NCBI GenBank assembly: GCA_027491435.1
Contig: JAOZFG010000035.1
Coordinates: 94,393-158,392 of the forward strand
From: Thermoproteota archaeon
GTDB taxonomy: Archaea; Korarchaeota; Korarchaeia; Korarchaeales; Korarchaeaceae
Direction: 5' to 3'
DNA: 64,000 nt
The translations under genes and the position numbers were made by a program. Shown here piece by piece: positions 36,989-46,920 of the stretch; the first letter of the stretch is position 1; each line of letters starts with the position of its first letter. Under the pieces are notes generated by a model. The model was not told where the DNA came from. It saw only the letters and a list, made by a program, of their open reading frames with translations, and made no database searches.

Positions 36989-38528
36989 CCCTCTTGAAGA
37001 TTAGCCTGCCCAGTACCAGCCCCACCAAGATCCCCGCCAAGGCCGCTATGGCCAGGGCGTAGACGTTGTAGCCGCCAGCCTGTTGAGCCTGATTTGTTTT
37101 AGCCTGAGGGGGCTCTACTGTTATCTCCCTGTAAGTCTCCTCCCACTTCTCAGGCGATGCTAGGTACCTCACTTTGACCTTGAGCTTGATAGGTGAACTA
37201 AGCTCGTTAACTGAGCATGTCAGTGAGAAACCGGTGCTCTCACCGTCTCCCAGGCTTCCCACGTAAGAGCTGGAGAAGCAATTTGATCCCTCCATGCTGA
37301 CGTTGATGTGATCAGCCTCCCTGTTCCCTATGTTGGCTAAGAGACCTCTAACCCTCACCCTTCCATTCAGGTAGGACCCTTCCAGCGAGGATATCACTAT
37401 CTTAGCCTGCTCCCTCCTCCCAAAACCTAATGTAAGGGTCGTCTGTTTTTCGACGTCCTCGCCCTCTACGTATTCCTTGTAGGTAAAGGTTAACATCAGC
37501 TCGTATGACTTAGCCTGCTCCGACGGTATGAGCTCTATCTCAACACTTTCACTGTCTCCAGGGGCTAGGTCGCCCAGGTAGTGTAAGCTCGGTCCCACGA
37601 TTGTGACGGTTTTAGAGTTGAGCTGCAACCTGACGTCTCTTGCTTCCTCTCCCCCCAGGTTCTTCACCACTAAGTTTACCTTGCTCAGGGCCCCAGCCTC
37701 CAACATGTCTTGGTCAGTTTCCACAGCCAAGTAAGGTGACTCTTCTCCGCTTCCCTGGTCGCTAGACTCTATAGGTATCTTGAAGGCCTTGGACAAGGTA
37801 ATGGACTTGCCGGCCGACTGGTAAGAAATTGAGACCATTACCACGTCCTCATCTTTGTCTACGCCCTTAGGTACGAGCGCCCCTATGTCGTAGGTTATCG
37901 TCTTGCCAGGGGGTAGTTGGTACATCTGCTGGATCATGGGGTTCAGAACCTTAGCGTACGAAGCAGATACCTGTATCGATGTTATGGTCGCAGTTCCTCT
38001 ACCTGAGTTGTGAATGTTGAGCTTAAGTACAGTTGAGGCACCCTCCAACAGATTTCCGGATAGGGTGAAGGTGATGGTAGAAGCTCCTTCCACCTTAAGG
38101 CCGAACTCCAGCTCGTCGGTGTTGTTCAGTGATGGGCTCGCTCCCATCAAGTCGTAGTTAACCCTAAGCTTGAACTTGTAGGATGAGGAGCCGACAGCAG
38201 GTACGTCCACGTAAAAGGTGGAGTAGAAGGCCTCCCCCTTAGAGAACACGTTTCTACCCAGTTGAAGCGAGGGAATTACCTTGGCCACTCTCCTGCCCTG
38301 GGCGTCTGTTAAGGGAGGTGGTATTTCCAGCTCCAGGTAGTTGACTCTGACCGAGGCCTTAGCCTTCAAGAAAACGGTTAACGGCGTTATTCCCTGCCCG
38401 GAAACAGCCGTACTGGCCCTTTCTGGAGTTCCCCACCAGGCGTTTACCAGCTCGAAATTAGGCTCGGACGCCAAAACCTGATATAGAGGTAACAACAACA
38501 AGATGAGGAGTAAAGCACTACGCTTCAC
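36969..38528 (-). CDS. COG1361-type S-layer-like / Ig-domain membrane-anchored protein
   Basis: Signal peptide, repeated N.G...A..V...LG.L.PG Ig-like units, C-terminal TM. Confidence 0.8.
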   Translation of the reverse strand: MKRSALLLILLLLPLYQVLASEPNFELVNAWWGTPERASTAVSGQGITPLTVFLKAKASVRVNYLELEIPPPLTDAQGRRVAKVIPSLQLGRNVFSKGEAFYSTFYVDVPAVGSSSYKFKLRVNYDLMGASPSLNNTDELEFGLKVEGASTITFTLSGNLLEGASTVLKLNIHNSGRGTATITSIQVSASYAKVLNPMIQQMYQLPPGKTITYDIGALVPKGVDKDEDVVMVSISYQSAGKSITLSKAFKIPIESSDQGSGEESPYLAVETDQDMLEAGALSKVNLVVKNLGGEEARDVRLQLNSKTVTIVGPSLHYLGDLAPGDSESVEIELIPSEQAKSYELMLTFTYKEYVEGEDVEKQTTLTLGFGRREQAKIVISSLEGSYLNGRVRVRGLLANIGNREADHINVSMEGSNCFSSSYVGSLGDGESTGFSLTCSVNELSSPIKLKVKVRYLASPEKWEETYREITVEPPQAKTNQAQQAGGYNVYALAIAALAGILVGLVLGRLIFKRGEEIEV

Positions 38529-39207
38529 TCAAAATCACCTCCCCCTCTATCTTCCCGTCCTTAATTCTGACTATACGATCTGCCTTCTCTGCCATCTCTC
38601 TATCATGAGTTACCATAACTACAGTCCTGTCCTCCTCAGTTAGGGAAGAGAGCATTTGAACCACCTGAAGGCCTGACGCGCTATCCAAGTTGCCGGTGGG
38701 CTCGTCGGCGAGTATTATCTGTGGATCATTGGCCAGCGCCCTAGCTATAGCTACCCTCTGCTGCTCCCCTCCAGAAAGCTGTAGTGGTTTGTGATAGGCT
38801 CTCTTTCTTAGTCCCACTATCTCTAGAAGCTCCAAGGCTTTCTTCTTCTTGTTTCCCCTGTAGTTGCCGATGGCTAACGCTAATTCAATGTTCTCTAAGG
38901 CCGTCAACCAAGGAACCAAGTTAAACGTCTGGAAGACGAAACCTATCGTCTTCCTCCTCAGCAGCGTAGCTTCCCTATCCCTCAGCTTGGTGGCGTCCTT
39001 CCCCAGGATCATGACGGTGCCTGACGTCGGCTTAGTCAGCAACCCCATTATGCTAAGGAGGGTCGTCTTGCCGCTACCCGATGGGCCCATTATTGACACG
39101 AACTCCCCCTTCATGACCTGCAAATTGATGCCTCTTAGAGCCTCTACCCTGCTCTTTCCCTTGCCGTACACCTTCCTGACGTTTTTCAGGTCGTACACTA
39201 AGTCCAT
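38518..39207 (-). CDS. ABC transporter ATP-binding protein (LolD/MacB-like)
   Basis: GPSGSGKT, LSGGEQQRVAIARAL, DEPTGNLD. Confidence 0.93.
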   Translation of the reverse strand: MDLVYDLKNVRKVYGKGKSRVEALRGINLQVMKGEFVSIMGPSGSGKTTLLSIMGLLTKPTSGTVMILGKDATKLRDREATLLRRKTIGFVFQTFNLVPWLTALENIELALAIGNYRGNKKKKALELLEIVGLRKRAYHKPLQLSGGEQQRVAIARALANDPQIILADEPTGNLDSASGLQVVQMLSSLTEEDRTVVMVTHDREMAEKADRIVRIKDGKIEGEVILSEA

Positions 39208-39238
39208 AGAGACACCTTCTATTACTTAATTTACTTGC

Positions 39239-39643
39239 TTAATAAACTTTATTATTACCGAGGCTCTGGGCCTGCCTCAGGGCGGCTTCGAACATCCTGA
39301 CGAGGTTAGCCACCTCTTCACCGAGGTTCCTCTCTAGAGATTTGTAGAATATCTCCTCCGCCTCTTCGGCCAAGCCATATTGAATTTCAATCCTGTTTAG
39401 TAAGGAAGAGGCCATTTTAACAACTACCTCGTCTTCATCTGTTGGAGGGTAGCTCTTCAAGCTCTCCTTTATCACTGAGAAGCTTTCTACCATGGCCAGG
39501 TCATCCATGAAAACCTTAGAGTATACCTTGGAGACATCGTCAACAATTTTATCAAGTTGTCGATCGGGCAGAGGTTCACCAGCTTCAGCGAGAGTCCTCA
39601 CCACCTCGAATAACGCCAGTAACCTGTACCCCATAGGGATCAA
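39239..39643 (-). CDS. Hypothetical helical protein
   Basis: 134-aa ORF with typical composition; no motif recognised. Confidence 0.6.
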   Translation of the reverse strand: MIPMGYRLLALFEVVRTLAEAGEPLPDRQLDKIVDDVSKVYSKVFMDDLAMVESFSVIKESLKSYPPTDEDEVVVKMASSLLNRIEIQYGLAEEAEEIFYKSLERNLGEEVANLVRMFEAALRQAQSLGNNKVY

Positions 39644-39875
39644 ACTTAGGCGGAGGGGCGGGCTTATTAAGATTTATTTGGTGAGGGATTCCGGATTTTT
39701 AATGAATACTATTATAAATTAAAGAAGTATCGTTAAATTAAGCTGTTAATTTAGCCTTAATGGGTTAATTATTTGGGGAATAGATTGCAGGAGGTACTGC
39801 TTTATTACTAAGATAGATATATCATGTCGGTTCGATCATACGCCTCACTTAATAGCGTGTAATTCAAAGGTGCCT

Positions 39876-41078
39876 ATGCTAGGACCCTTAGATGAAATGA
39901 GCCCCTGGAAGCCCCCAAAGCTGCCGGTGGATAAGGTAGTTCCAATAATAAGGGAAGTCAGGGAGAGGGGCCTTGAAGCCCTCAGGGAGTTCAGCATAAA
40001 GTTTGATGGAAAATTCCCAGAGGATGTCTACGGGAAGCCCGTTCCGGGAGAGTTGCCGGATTTCATAAAGGAGGCTGTGAGTAGGTTGGAGAGGTGCTCC
40101 TACAAATTCTTGGACTTCCAGCCTTGCGAAGTTGGAGGCTTTCGAACTAGGTTAGAGGTAATCAAGGAGGGCTCGTTGAAGGAACCGGTGAGGAGAGTTG
40201 GCATATACGTTCCGGGAGGTAGGTATCCTCTGCCCTCATCTCTTATGATGGCCTCCATCCCGGCCAAGGCAGCTGGAGTTGATGAGCTGGTAGTCGCAAC
40301 TCCTCCCAGGGAATCCCCCCTCATAGAGCACCTGGCCAGTGAGCTCGGGGTTAGAGAGGTGCTCAGGGTTGGAGGAGCCCATGGAGTGGCGGCCCTAGCC
40401 TTCGGCATTCCCGAACTTGGACTGGAGCCAGTTGACATGATAGTTGGACCTGGAGGATCTTATGTTACTGCCGCCAAGAAGGTGTTAAGTGATATGGGGG
40501 TCGTCGAGATAGATTTGATAGCGGGGCCCAGCGAGATAGTTGTTGTAGCTGATGAAGGCGACCCAAGAACCCTAGCCTTGGATCTTCTAGCCCAAGCAGA
40601 GCATGGACCTGATTCCCCTTCGCTCTTACTCACGACGGATAGAAAACTAGCTGAGGAGGTACTAAGGGAGGTAAACGCCATGAAAGGGGACCTCTCAGTT
40701 AACCTGAGGGCCGCTTATGGTGATAAGGAGAAGATAACCAAGGTAGTTAACCGCATCATGCCTGAACACCTGGAGATATTCGGGGAGTTTCCTGCCATGC
40801 TGGCCGGAGCCGTGTTCAAGGAGGTTGGCGTGGTTTTCGGGGATTACGGCATGACCGGTGCCAACCACATACTCCCGACGGGCTCATCCCTACTGGAGAG
40901 GCCGGGCCTGAGCCCACTTACCTTCCTAGGCTACGATGGATCCTACTACTACCTCCAGGAGGGCGACTTCTCAGCCCAATCCTCAGTGGCCGAAATCACG
41001 GCGGCGTTCGCCAGGGTTGAGGGGCTTGAGTTCCACGCCAGGTCTGCTGAGGCGAGGATTAATAAAGGCGGGAGTTGA
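39876..41078 (+). CDS. hisD: Histidinol dehydrogenase
   Basis: GIYVPGG, GGAHG.AALAFG, VGPG, AGPSE, QAEH, PEHL, GDY, NHILPT, HARS. Confidence 0.88.
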   Translation: MLGPLDEMSPWKPPKLPVDKVVPIIREVRERGLEALREFSIKFDGKFPEDVYGKPVPGELPDFIKEAVSRLERCSYKFLDFQPCEVGGFRTRLEVIKEGSLKEPVRRVGIYVPGGRYPLPSSLMMASIPAKAAGVDELVVATPPRESPLIEHLASELGVREVLRVGGAHGVAALAFGIPELGLEPVDMIVGPGGSYVTAAKKVLSDMGVVEIDLIAGPSEIVVVADEGDPRTLALDLLAQAEHGPDSPSLLLTTDRKLAEEVLREVNAMKGDLSVNLRAAYGDKEKITKVVNRIMPEHLEIFGEFPAMLAGAVFKEVGVVFGDYGMTGANHILPTGSSLLERPGLSPLTFLGYDGSYYYLQEGDFSAQSSVAEITAAFARVEGLEFHARSAEARINKGGS

Positions 41079-41095
41079 TTAGGGGGGTGAAAACT

Positions 41096-42373
41096 TTGCC
41101 CAGGATACCTAGGGGTTTCAGGGACTTCCCTCCGCCGGTGATGATACTTAGGAAGGAGGTGCTCTCCAAGATAGAGGAGATCTACAAGAGGTTCGGATTC
41201 GATCCGCTGGAGACTCCAGTACTGGAGTACTGGGAAACTGTAAAGGGTAAGCTGGGGGAAGAGGCTGAGACAAAGCTCATGTTCATCTTCCCAGACTTTC
41301 TGAGCAAGGAGTGGTACACCCTAAGGTACGAGCTCACTTTTCCGCTGGCCAGATTCGTGGCTATGCATCCGGAGCTCCCTCTTCCCTTCAAGAGGTACCA
41401 CATAGGCAGGGTTTGGAGGCATGAAGAGCCTCAGAGAGGAAGGTACAGAGAGTTCTGGCAGTGTGACGCTGACGTCGTCGGTAGCTCCTACCCGGAGGCC
41501 GATGCAGAGGTCATAGAGCTTAACGTGGAGGTTTTCAGGGCCTTTAACTTCCAAGACTTTGTGGTAAGGCTGAACGACAGACGTTTACTCACAGGTATAT
41601 TTGAGGAGGAGTTGGGAATAAGGAACCCAGTGCCTGTGTACAGGACAATAGACAAACTGGACAAGATAGGTGAAGACGGGGTTAGGGCCGAGCTCCTGGC
41701 CAAGGGCATGCATGAGGGGGTGGTTGACAGGATAATGGGGATAATCTCAGTAAAAGGTTCTCCTAAGGAAGTCCTAGAGGAAGCCTCCAGGATAAAGAAC
41801 GAGAAGGTCTCATCTGGAGTGGATCACCTGACCCAGGTAGTGGAGATGGTGGAAGGGCCCATTCAGGTGGACCTCTCATTGGTTAGGGGCCTTGAGTACT
41901 ACACCGGCCCAGTCTTCGAGACTGTGATAAAGGAGCCCAAGATAGGGTCTGTGGCTGGAGGAGGGAGGTACGATAGGCTGATAGCTCTCTACTCAGACAG
42001 GGATGTGCCAGCTACTGGAGTGAGCATCGGCGTTGAGAGGCTAATAGATGCTGGGCTGGAGCTGGGCATCTTCAATCTGGAAAAGAAGAGTTACGTTCAG
42101 GTGTATGTCATATCCATGAAGAGGGAGAGTTGGCCCTACGCCTTGAGGGTCGCCAGGAAGCTTAGAAAAGAAGGGATCTACGTAGCTGTGGATCTAATGA
42201 GGAGAAGCTTTAGGTCTCAGAAGGAGCACGCTAAGAAGTTGGGGGTGAAGGTGTTGGCCTTCATTGGCCCCAAGGAGGTGGAGGGGGAGAGGGTAACTCT
42301 ATACAGGGAGGACGGGACCAGGGTTGAGGTTACTCTGTCAGAACTCACCTCTAAGGTTAAAGAGCTTCTCTAG
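41096..42373 (+). CDS. hisS: Histidine--tRNA ligase
   Basis: PRGFRD, LRYELT, WRHEEPQRGRYREFWQCD, RGLEYYTG, GGGRYD, GVERL; anticodon-binding domain present. Confidence 0.95.
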   Translation: MPRIPRGFRDFPPPVMILRKEVLSKIEEIYKRFGFDPLETPVLEYWETVKGKLGEEAETKLMFIFPDFLSKEWYTLRYELTFPLARFVAMHPELPLPFKRYHIGRVWRHEEPQRGRYREFWQCDADVVGSSYPEADAEVIELNVEVFRAFNFQDFVVRLNDRRLLTGIFEEELGIRNPVPVYRTIDKLDKIGEDGVRAELLAKGMHEGVVDRIMGIISVKGSPKEVLEEASRIKNEKVSSGVDHLTQVVEMVEGPIQVDLSLVRGLEYYTGPVFETVIKEPKIGSVAGGGRYDRLIALYSDRDVPATGVSIGVERLIDAGLELGIFNLEKKSYVQVYVISMKRESWPYALRVARKLRKEGIYVAVDLMRRSFRSQKEHAKKLGVKVLAFIGPKEVEGERVTLYREDGTRVEVTLSELTSKVKELL

Positions 42374-42991
42374 GTCGGGCAAGAAGTCGAGGCCTACGTG
42401 GGCTATGTTATCAACTATCTCGTCCAGGGAGTCCAGGAAGTAAGGGAAGTTGTAGAGAGGAACGACGGCCACCTGGCCCTCGCTAACGTCCTTAACTGAG
42501 AGCCAGCTCACTATTACAGGGACTACTTGGGTTCTCCCCTCCCCCTTCCTAGCGCTTGAAAGGAGCTTTACCAGCAATTCCAACTTCCTGTGCACCTCTC
42601 TCCTGGACCTGTTCACCAGGAACCTGAGGGTTCTCCTAGACCACATCTTACACTCCACCAGGATTACCCTTTGGTCCATGAACGCGAGGACATCTATCTC
42701 CATCCCTTCTCCCTGAACCTCCTTTCTCACGCCCCTCAAGCACTGGTAGCCTCTACCTTCAAGTATTCTGGAGCAGAGGTCCTCGAACTCCCTCCAGTTG
42801 AGGATCGCAGCTGCCTTCTCCTCGGGAACTCCTAGAGAGATCAGCAGCTCAACCAAGGCTAGGGGATCAGGAGGAATCCCAAGGACGTCCCTTATTAGCT
42901 CCTTCAGCGGGAAAGCCAAGGACTCGTAGTCCCCTATAATAAGCTTATGAAGCTCTTTGATGGCCAGCCTTCTAAGATCCCTCTCCAACAT
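42338..42991 (-). CDS. PD-(D/E)XK nuclease-fold (restriction endonuclease-like) protein
   Basis: WREFEDL...GY...EIDVLA...LVECK. Confidence 0.75.
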   Translation of the reverse strand: MLERDLRRLAIKELHKLIIGDYESLAFPLKELIRDVLGIPPDPLALVELLISLGVPEEKAAAILNWREFEDLCSRILEGRGYQCLRGVRKEVQGEGMEIDVLAFMDQRVILVECKMWSRRTLRFLVNRSRREVHRKLELLVKLLSSARKGEGRTQVVPVIVSWLSVKDVSEGQVAVVPLYNFPYFLDSLDEIVDNIAHVGLDFLPDLEKLFNLRGEF

Positions 42992-43014
42992 CGGTAAAAA
43001 AGGAAGTGAGGGTT

Positions 43015-43359
43015 TTAATCTTTAGCGGCCCTTCCCAGGGCCTTAAGCAGTTCTATCATTATGCCTAGCCCCCTTTGGAAGTCTTCATCCCTCAAAGCTC
43101 CCAACAGGGAGGAAAGCCCGGCTTTCGGGGGGTTCATTAGGGCCTTGTCTAGCTCAGGATCCTGTAAGGCCTTCTCCAGCACGTCAGGTAAGTCTGTGCT
43201 CACTAGCCCGTTCAGGAGCTTCATTAGCACAGACATTGTTTTGCTGAGCTCTTCTATCATCTGATCGTTCATCATATCCATTATCATCCTGTAGGAGTTC
43301 AAGATATCGGACAGAGCTTCCACATCCTCCTTACTCAACTTAGCAAACTCCTCGCTCAT
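43015..43359 (-). CDS. DUF1641 family protein
   Basis: GLSSLLGALRDEDFQRGLG...LKALG signature. Confidence 0.85.
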   Translation of the reverse strand: MSEEFAKLSKEDVEALSDILNSYRMIMDMMNDQMIEELSKTMSVLMKLLNGLVSTDLPDVLEKALQDPELDKALMNPPKAGLSSLLGALRDEDFQRGLGIMIELLKALGRAAKD

Positions 43360-43371
43360 GGTATCACCCCT

Positions 43372-44556
43372 TTACATAAGGCCCTTCAAAGTAGTGTCCC
43401 AGTAAATGTAATAGTACATCCTGTAGAGCCTCCACCCTAGCCTGCTTGGCTGGAACGGGCTGAGGGGTACTCCGTACTTCCAAACGGCCAGTGAGGCCGT
43501 TCCCCTGGAGGCTGCAGTTGGCGCGGAGCCTACGTAAGGGCATCCCATGTGTCCCCTGTAGTATACCTTCTGCTCTATTCCCTCCAACTCCCTAGCTAAG
43601 TTCTCCCCGACCACGAAGGCCTGGAAGTGGGCAGTTACACCCATCTTCAATATCTCCTTAGAGCCAGCGTCGCCGGCCACGTAGACGTCATCGTAGTTCC
43701 CGGCCGGACCCCTGTACTGCAGGGTCTTTTTGTCGTTGGGCACCCATCCTTCCTCATCGGCTATGCTGAGGCCCCTGAGGGATCCTACGTGAGGTGGGAC
43801 TGTTATCAGCAGGTCGTATGAGTACTCATCCCCGTTCTTACCCACTACAACCTTCCTCTCCGGATCTACGTGGTCGTACTTGAATTCCCTAACGTCGTTG
43901 ACTCCCCTTTCCTTGAGGTTAGCGGTTATGTTGGAGTTGTAAGCTGGAGGCCCTATGTTGGGTAGGGGCCATAGCAAGGTGATGTCGAACTTATCCCTCT
44001 CCTTATAGGCCCTAAGATAGTCATCCAGCATGACCGTAAACTTGCTGGGGGCCCCCGGACAGGCTATGGGCATCTTGGGGACGAAGACTACTATCTTACC
44101 CTCTTTCATGGCGTTTATCTTCCTTCCCAGTGCCTTGGCATCCTCTAGGGACGTATAGAAGGTATTGAGGTCCTTCTCTAGGCCAGGAACTGCCTTCACG
44201 TCGAAGGAGGCTCCGGTGGCTATGACCAGGTAATCGTAGGTGAAGGCCTTCCCCCCTCTTACCTTAACCTTTCTATCGGCCAGATCCACGTCCACTACCT
44301 GGAAGTCAGGCCCCAGATAGGTCTTGAGCCTGGGGCTCAGGTAGTATCTCCTATGCCTTGTTAAGTCGTCGTCTGCAAAGTAGCCAAAAGGGACAAAGGT
44401 GAATCCTGCTTGATTATGAGCTATTTCATTTTTATCTAGAACGGTGATAGTAAGTTCACCTTTCGCTATTTTCCTCCTGAACTCCCTAGCTAGTTTATTT
44501 GCGACCATAGCCCCTACCGCTCCGGCTCCTAGGATCAATACGTCTTTATGAGGCAT
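43372..44556 (-). CDS. Sulfide:quinone oxidoreductase-like FAD flavoprotein
   Basis: GAGAVG, YDYLVIATG, IACPGAP, VAGDA, MGCP, C-terminal aromatic amphipathic helix; start trimmed to MPHKDV. Confidence 0.8.
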   Translation of the reverse strand: MPHKDVLILGAGAVGAMVANKLAREFRRKIAKGELTITVLDKNEIAHNQAGFTFVPFGYFADDDLTRHRRYYLSPRLKTYLGPDFQVVDVDLADRKVKVRGGKAFTYDYLVIATGASFDVKAVPGLEKDLNTFYTSLEDAKALGRKINAMKEGKIVVFVPKMPIACPGAPSKFTVMLDDYLRAYKERDKFDITLLWPLPNIGPPAYNSNITANLKERGVNDVREFKYDHVDPERKVVVGKNGDEYSYDLLITVPPHVGSLRGLSIADEEGWVPNDKKTLQYRGPAGNYDDVYVAGDAGSKEILKMGVTAHFQAFVVGENLARELEGIEQKVYYRGHMGCPYVGSAPTAASRGTASLAVWKYGVPLSPFQPSRLGWRLYRMYYYIYWDTTLKGLM

Positions 44557-44805
44557 AATAACCCCTGAGCCGGGCCTTAGCGTAAAAATTAAAAAGATAG
44601 TCATTGAATAATGATAATTAAACAATAGATAATTACATATCGTTTTAATCATATTTCTGTTATCATGATTATCTTCATTGAATATCCATTCGATAGTCAA
44701 ATAGACCTCACTTTATGTCTCAACTTTACCACCGGTTCGTTACTACTGTTATAACATTATGTTCAAGTGTATATTAATATTAATATTTATGTATATATTT
44801 AACAA

Positions 44806-45364
44806 ATCTGTCAACTTGAAAGACTCTATCATCAACCACTGAGCATTTCTTGGTCATCAGGCTATCAGCTGTGCTGGCTACCTCTAAGACGTGTGGTAAC
44901 GGGTTTGAAGTTGTGTGAATGCCGTTATATGCAACGCTTGCTTAAATAGGTTCAACCCCCTTAGTCTGCTTTTAAATTCTCTATAACCCCTAGCGAACTC
45001 CTTAGCCCCGCTCATCATATGTCTAACCAAGGAGGCCCGACACGTCCTTACCGACTTATCTGTAATGACTGCCAATGCTTCCCTCCTTCTGAGAAGGGCT
45101 AGCCTCGTCCCAACCACTACCATCCTTTACCAAGCTAGATTGGTGGCTTCTGGCCAGCATGTCCAAATTAAGAAAGGGTTGCTGTCTGTAGGAGACCGCT
45201 CTAGGGAGTTGAGATTCCCTTTCAGTTTCATAGCGTCAGCGGATCCTGTTATAACTCTTTAAGTTGAAACCCGTATACTACTCCAGAGGTAACGGTACGA
45301 TCAAAGCCATAGTTGAAAAATGCTTTGTCAGCGGTAGACTTTGAGACTGCCTAAGTTGACAGCT
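44806..45364 (-). mobile_element. Decayed, shortened IS6-family element with both terminal inverted repeats
   Basis: CTGTCAACTT at 44808-44817 and AAGTTGACAG at 45353-45362; frameshifted transposase relic (VITDK, RHMMSG, RLRG) homologous to 63530-64000. Confidence 0.75.
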
Positions 45365-45388
45365 CCCTTCAATGATGATCGGTTTACT

Positions 45389-45997
45389 TCAGCCCCTACA
45401 AAGAGGTTGCTTCATTAAGGATTCTAGAGGGATTTCTTCGCCGCCTCTAACCACTTGACATCCCTTCCATCCCACTATCAGCCCTCCCTTGAAGGTTAGT
45501 TTTACGTCTCCACACTCCAGTTTCCCCGGCCTTTTTGTGTAAACTAGAATCAGCCCGTCAAGCTTGAGCCCGGAGCCCTCGGACAACCCATCAACTTCTA
45601 TGACATCTGGCACCTTAGCCTGAGCACATGGAACTTTCAGCCCCTTATCTCCAACCTTCACGAATTCCCCTCTGTCCAGAACGATTAGAAGAATTGGGCT
45701 TTCCAGGTAAATGCCCCTCCTCCTCATGGGGTAGCTCACTTCCTTGCTCCCTACCAGCATGGTCTCGTTGAACTGCTCACCTCCTGGTGAGAAGACCCAG
45801 TGTCTCACCAAGACGGCACACTTGTCAGCGCATCCCAAGACTCTGGCCTCCAAAGCGTTAGATCTAGTCCCACTGAAGCAATTGGACCCAGGCCAGTTGA
45901 CCTCCAGCGGGCAGACCCTAATCCCTCTTCTCCCGCTGACAAAAGCTGCTAAGAAAAGGAGAGCCACGAACATCATGAAGATCATTAAACGTTTCAC
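45389..45997 (-). CDS. Hypothetical secreted protein, Cys-containing
   Basis: N-terminal signal peptide; 8 Cys. Confidence 0.6.
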   Translation of the reverse strand: MKRLMIFMMFVALLFLAAFVSGRRGIRVCPLEVNWPGSNCFSGTRSNALEARVLGCADKCAVLVRHWVFSPGGEQFNETMLVGSKEVSYPMRRRGIYLESPILLIVLDRGEFVKVGDKGLKVPCAQAKVPDVIEVDGLSEGSGLKLDGLILVYTKRPGKLECGDVKLTFKGGLIVGWKGCQVVRGGEEIPLESLMKQPLCRG

Positions 45998-46053
45998 ACG
46001 AATCTACGTAGAGCATTCATTTAAGGGTTGACCTCAACTACTGCCGGGTTATT

Positions 46054-46920
46054 ATGGAGCCGGCCATAATAGTACACGGTGGGGCCTGGAGCATCCCCGA
46101 TTTCCTGGTAGAGCCTAACATTAAGGCCATTAGAAGGGCTGTTGAACGCGGTTATGAGATACTTAACTCTGGAGGAAGTGCCTTGGACGCTGTGGAAGAG
46201 GCAGTGGTCATAATGGAAGACGATCCTAGCTTAGACGCTGGTTACGGCTCATTCCCCAATGAGGAAGGCCTTGTGGAGATGGACGCCATAATCGTAGACG
46301 GCAGGACTCTGAAGTTCGGATCCGTAGCCTCCGTGAAGAGGGTCAGAAACCCAATAAGGTTGGCCAGACTAGTGATGGAGAGGACTGAAAATCATATGTT
46401 CGTCTCTGAAGGAGCTGAAAAACTCGCTGAGTCTTTTGGGTTGGACCTAGTTGATCCTCAGTCATTAATAAGCGAGTTTGCCTTGAGGGTTGTTAGGGAT
46501 TCTGGGACCGTCGGGGCGGTTGCCATAGACTCTCGGGGAAATATGGCCGCTGCCACATCCACCGGAGGCATAATAAGGAAGAAGTCGGGGAGAGTTGGTG
46601 ATTCTCCCCTGATAGGGTGTGGTGCTTTCGCTGACAACCTTATTGGAGCTGCGAGCGCCACGGGGAAGGGAGAGCCCATAATGAGGGTCATGCTATCCAG
46701 ACTAGCTGTGGACTTTTTGGCTAGAGCCCCTCCCGAGGAGGCCGCCAAGATGGCGTTGGAGGTCATGCTGAAAAGGACCGGTGGAAGGGGAGGGATTATA
46801 CTGATTAACAGCAGAGGAGATGTGGGATTCGCTCACACAACCAAGAGAATGGCTGTGGCCTACGCTAAAGATGGTGAGGTGAAGGCGTTGGTCAGCGAGT
46901 TACCTCCCGCCGAACACTAA
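46054..46920 (+). CDS. Isoaspartyl peptidase/L-asparaginase (Ntn hydrolase)
   Basis: IVHGGA, EMDA, GTVGAVA autocleavage Thr, TSTGG, GRVGDSP, TGKGE. Confidence 0.93.
   Translation: MEPAIIVHGGAWSIPDFLVEPNIKAIRRAVERGYEILNSGGSALDAVEEAVVIMEDDPSLDAGYGSFPNEEGLVEMDAIIVDGRTLKFGSVASVKRVRNPIRLARLVMERTENHMFVSEGAEKLAESFGLDLVDPQSLISEFALRVVRDSGTVGAVAIDSRGNMAAATSTGGIIRKKSGRVGDSPLIGCGAFADNLIGAASATGKGEPIMRVMLSRLAVDFLARAPPEEAAKMALEVMLKRTGGRGGIILINSRGDVGFAHTTKRMAVAYAKDGEVKALVSELPPAEH

Noticed and set aside
39720-39875. His-codon leader peptide upstream of hisD
   Set aside because: The only ATG-initiated short ORFs lack His codons. The two His codons lie in a frame with no start codon.
44557-44700. 48-aa N-terminal extension of the SQR-like ORF
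   Set aside because: This is AT-rich promoter DNA; the Rossmann motif and a GGGGT RBS support the start at 44556.
44884-45123. 79-aa ORF (and the 86-aa ORF at 63640-63900) as novel paralogous small proteins
   Set aside because: Their shared RH.MSG text is explained by frameshifted IS6 transposase relics.
45371-45420. ATGATGA C-box-like heptamer
   Set aside because: No D box at a suitable distance and no recognisable rRNA complementarity.
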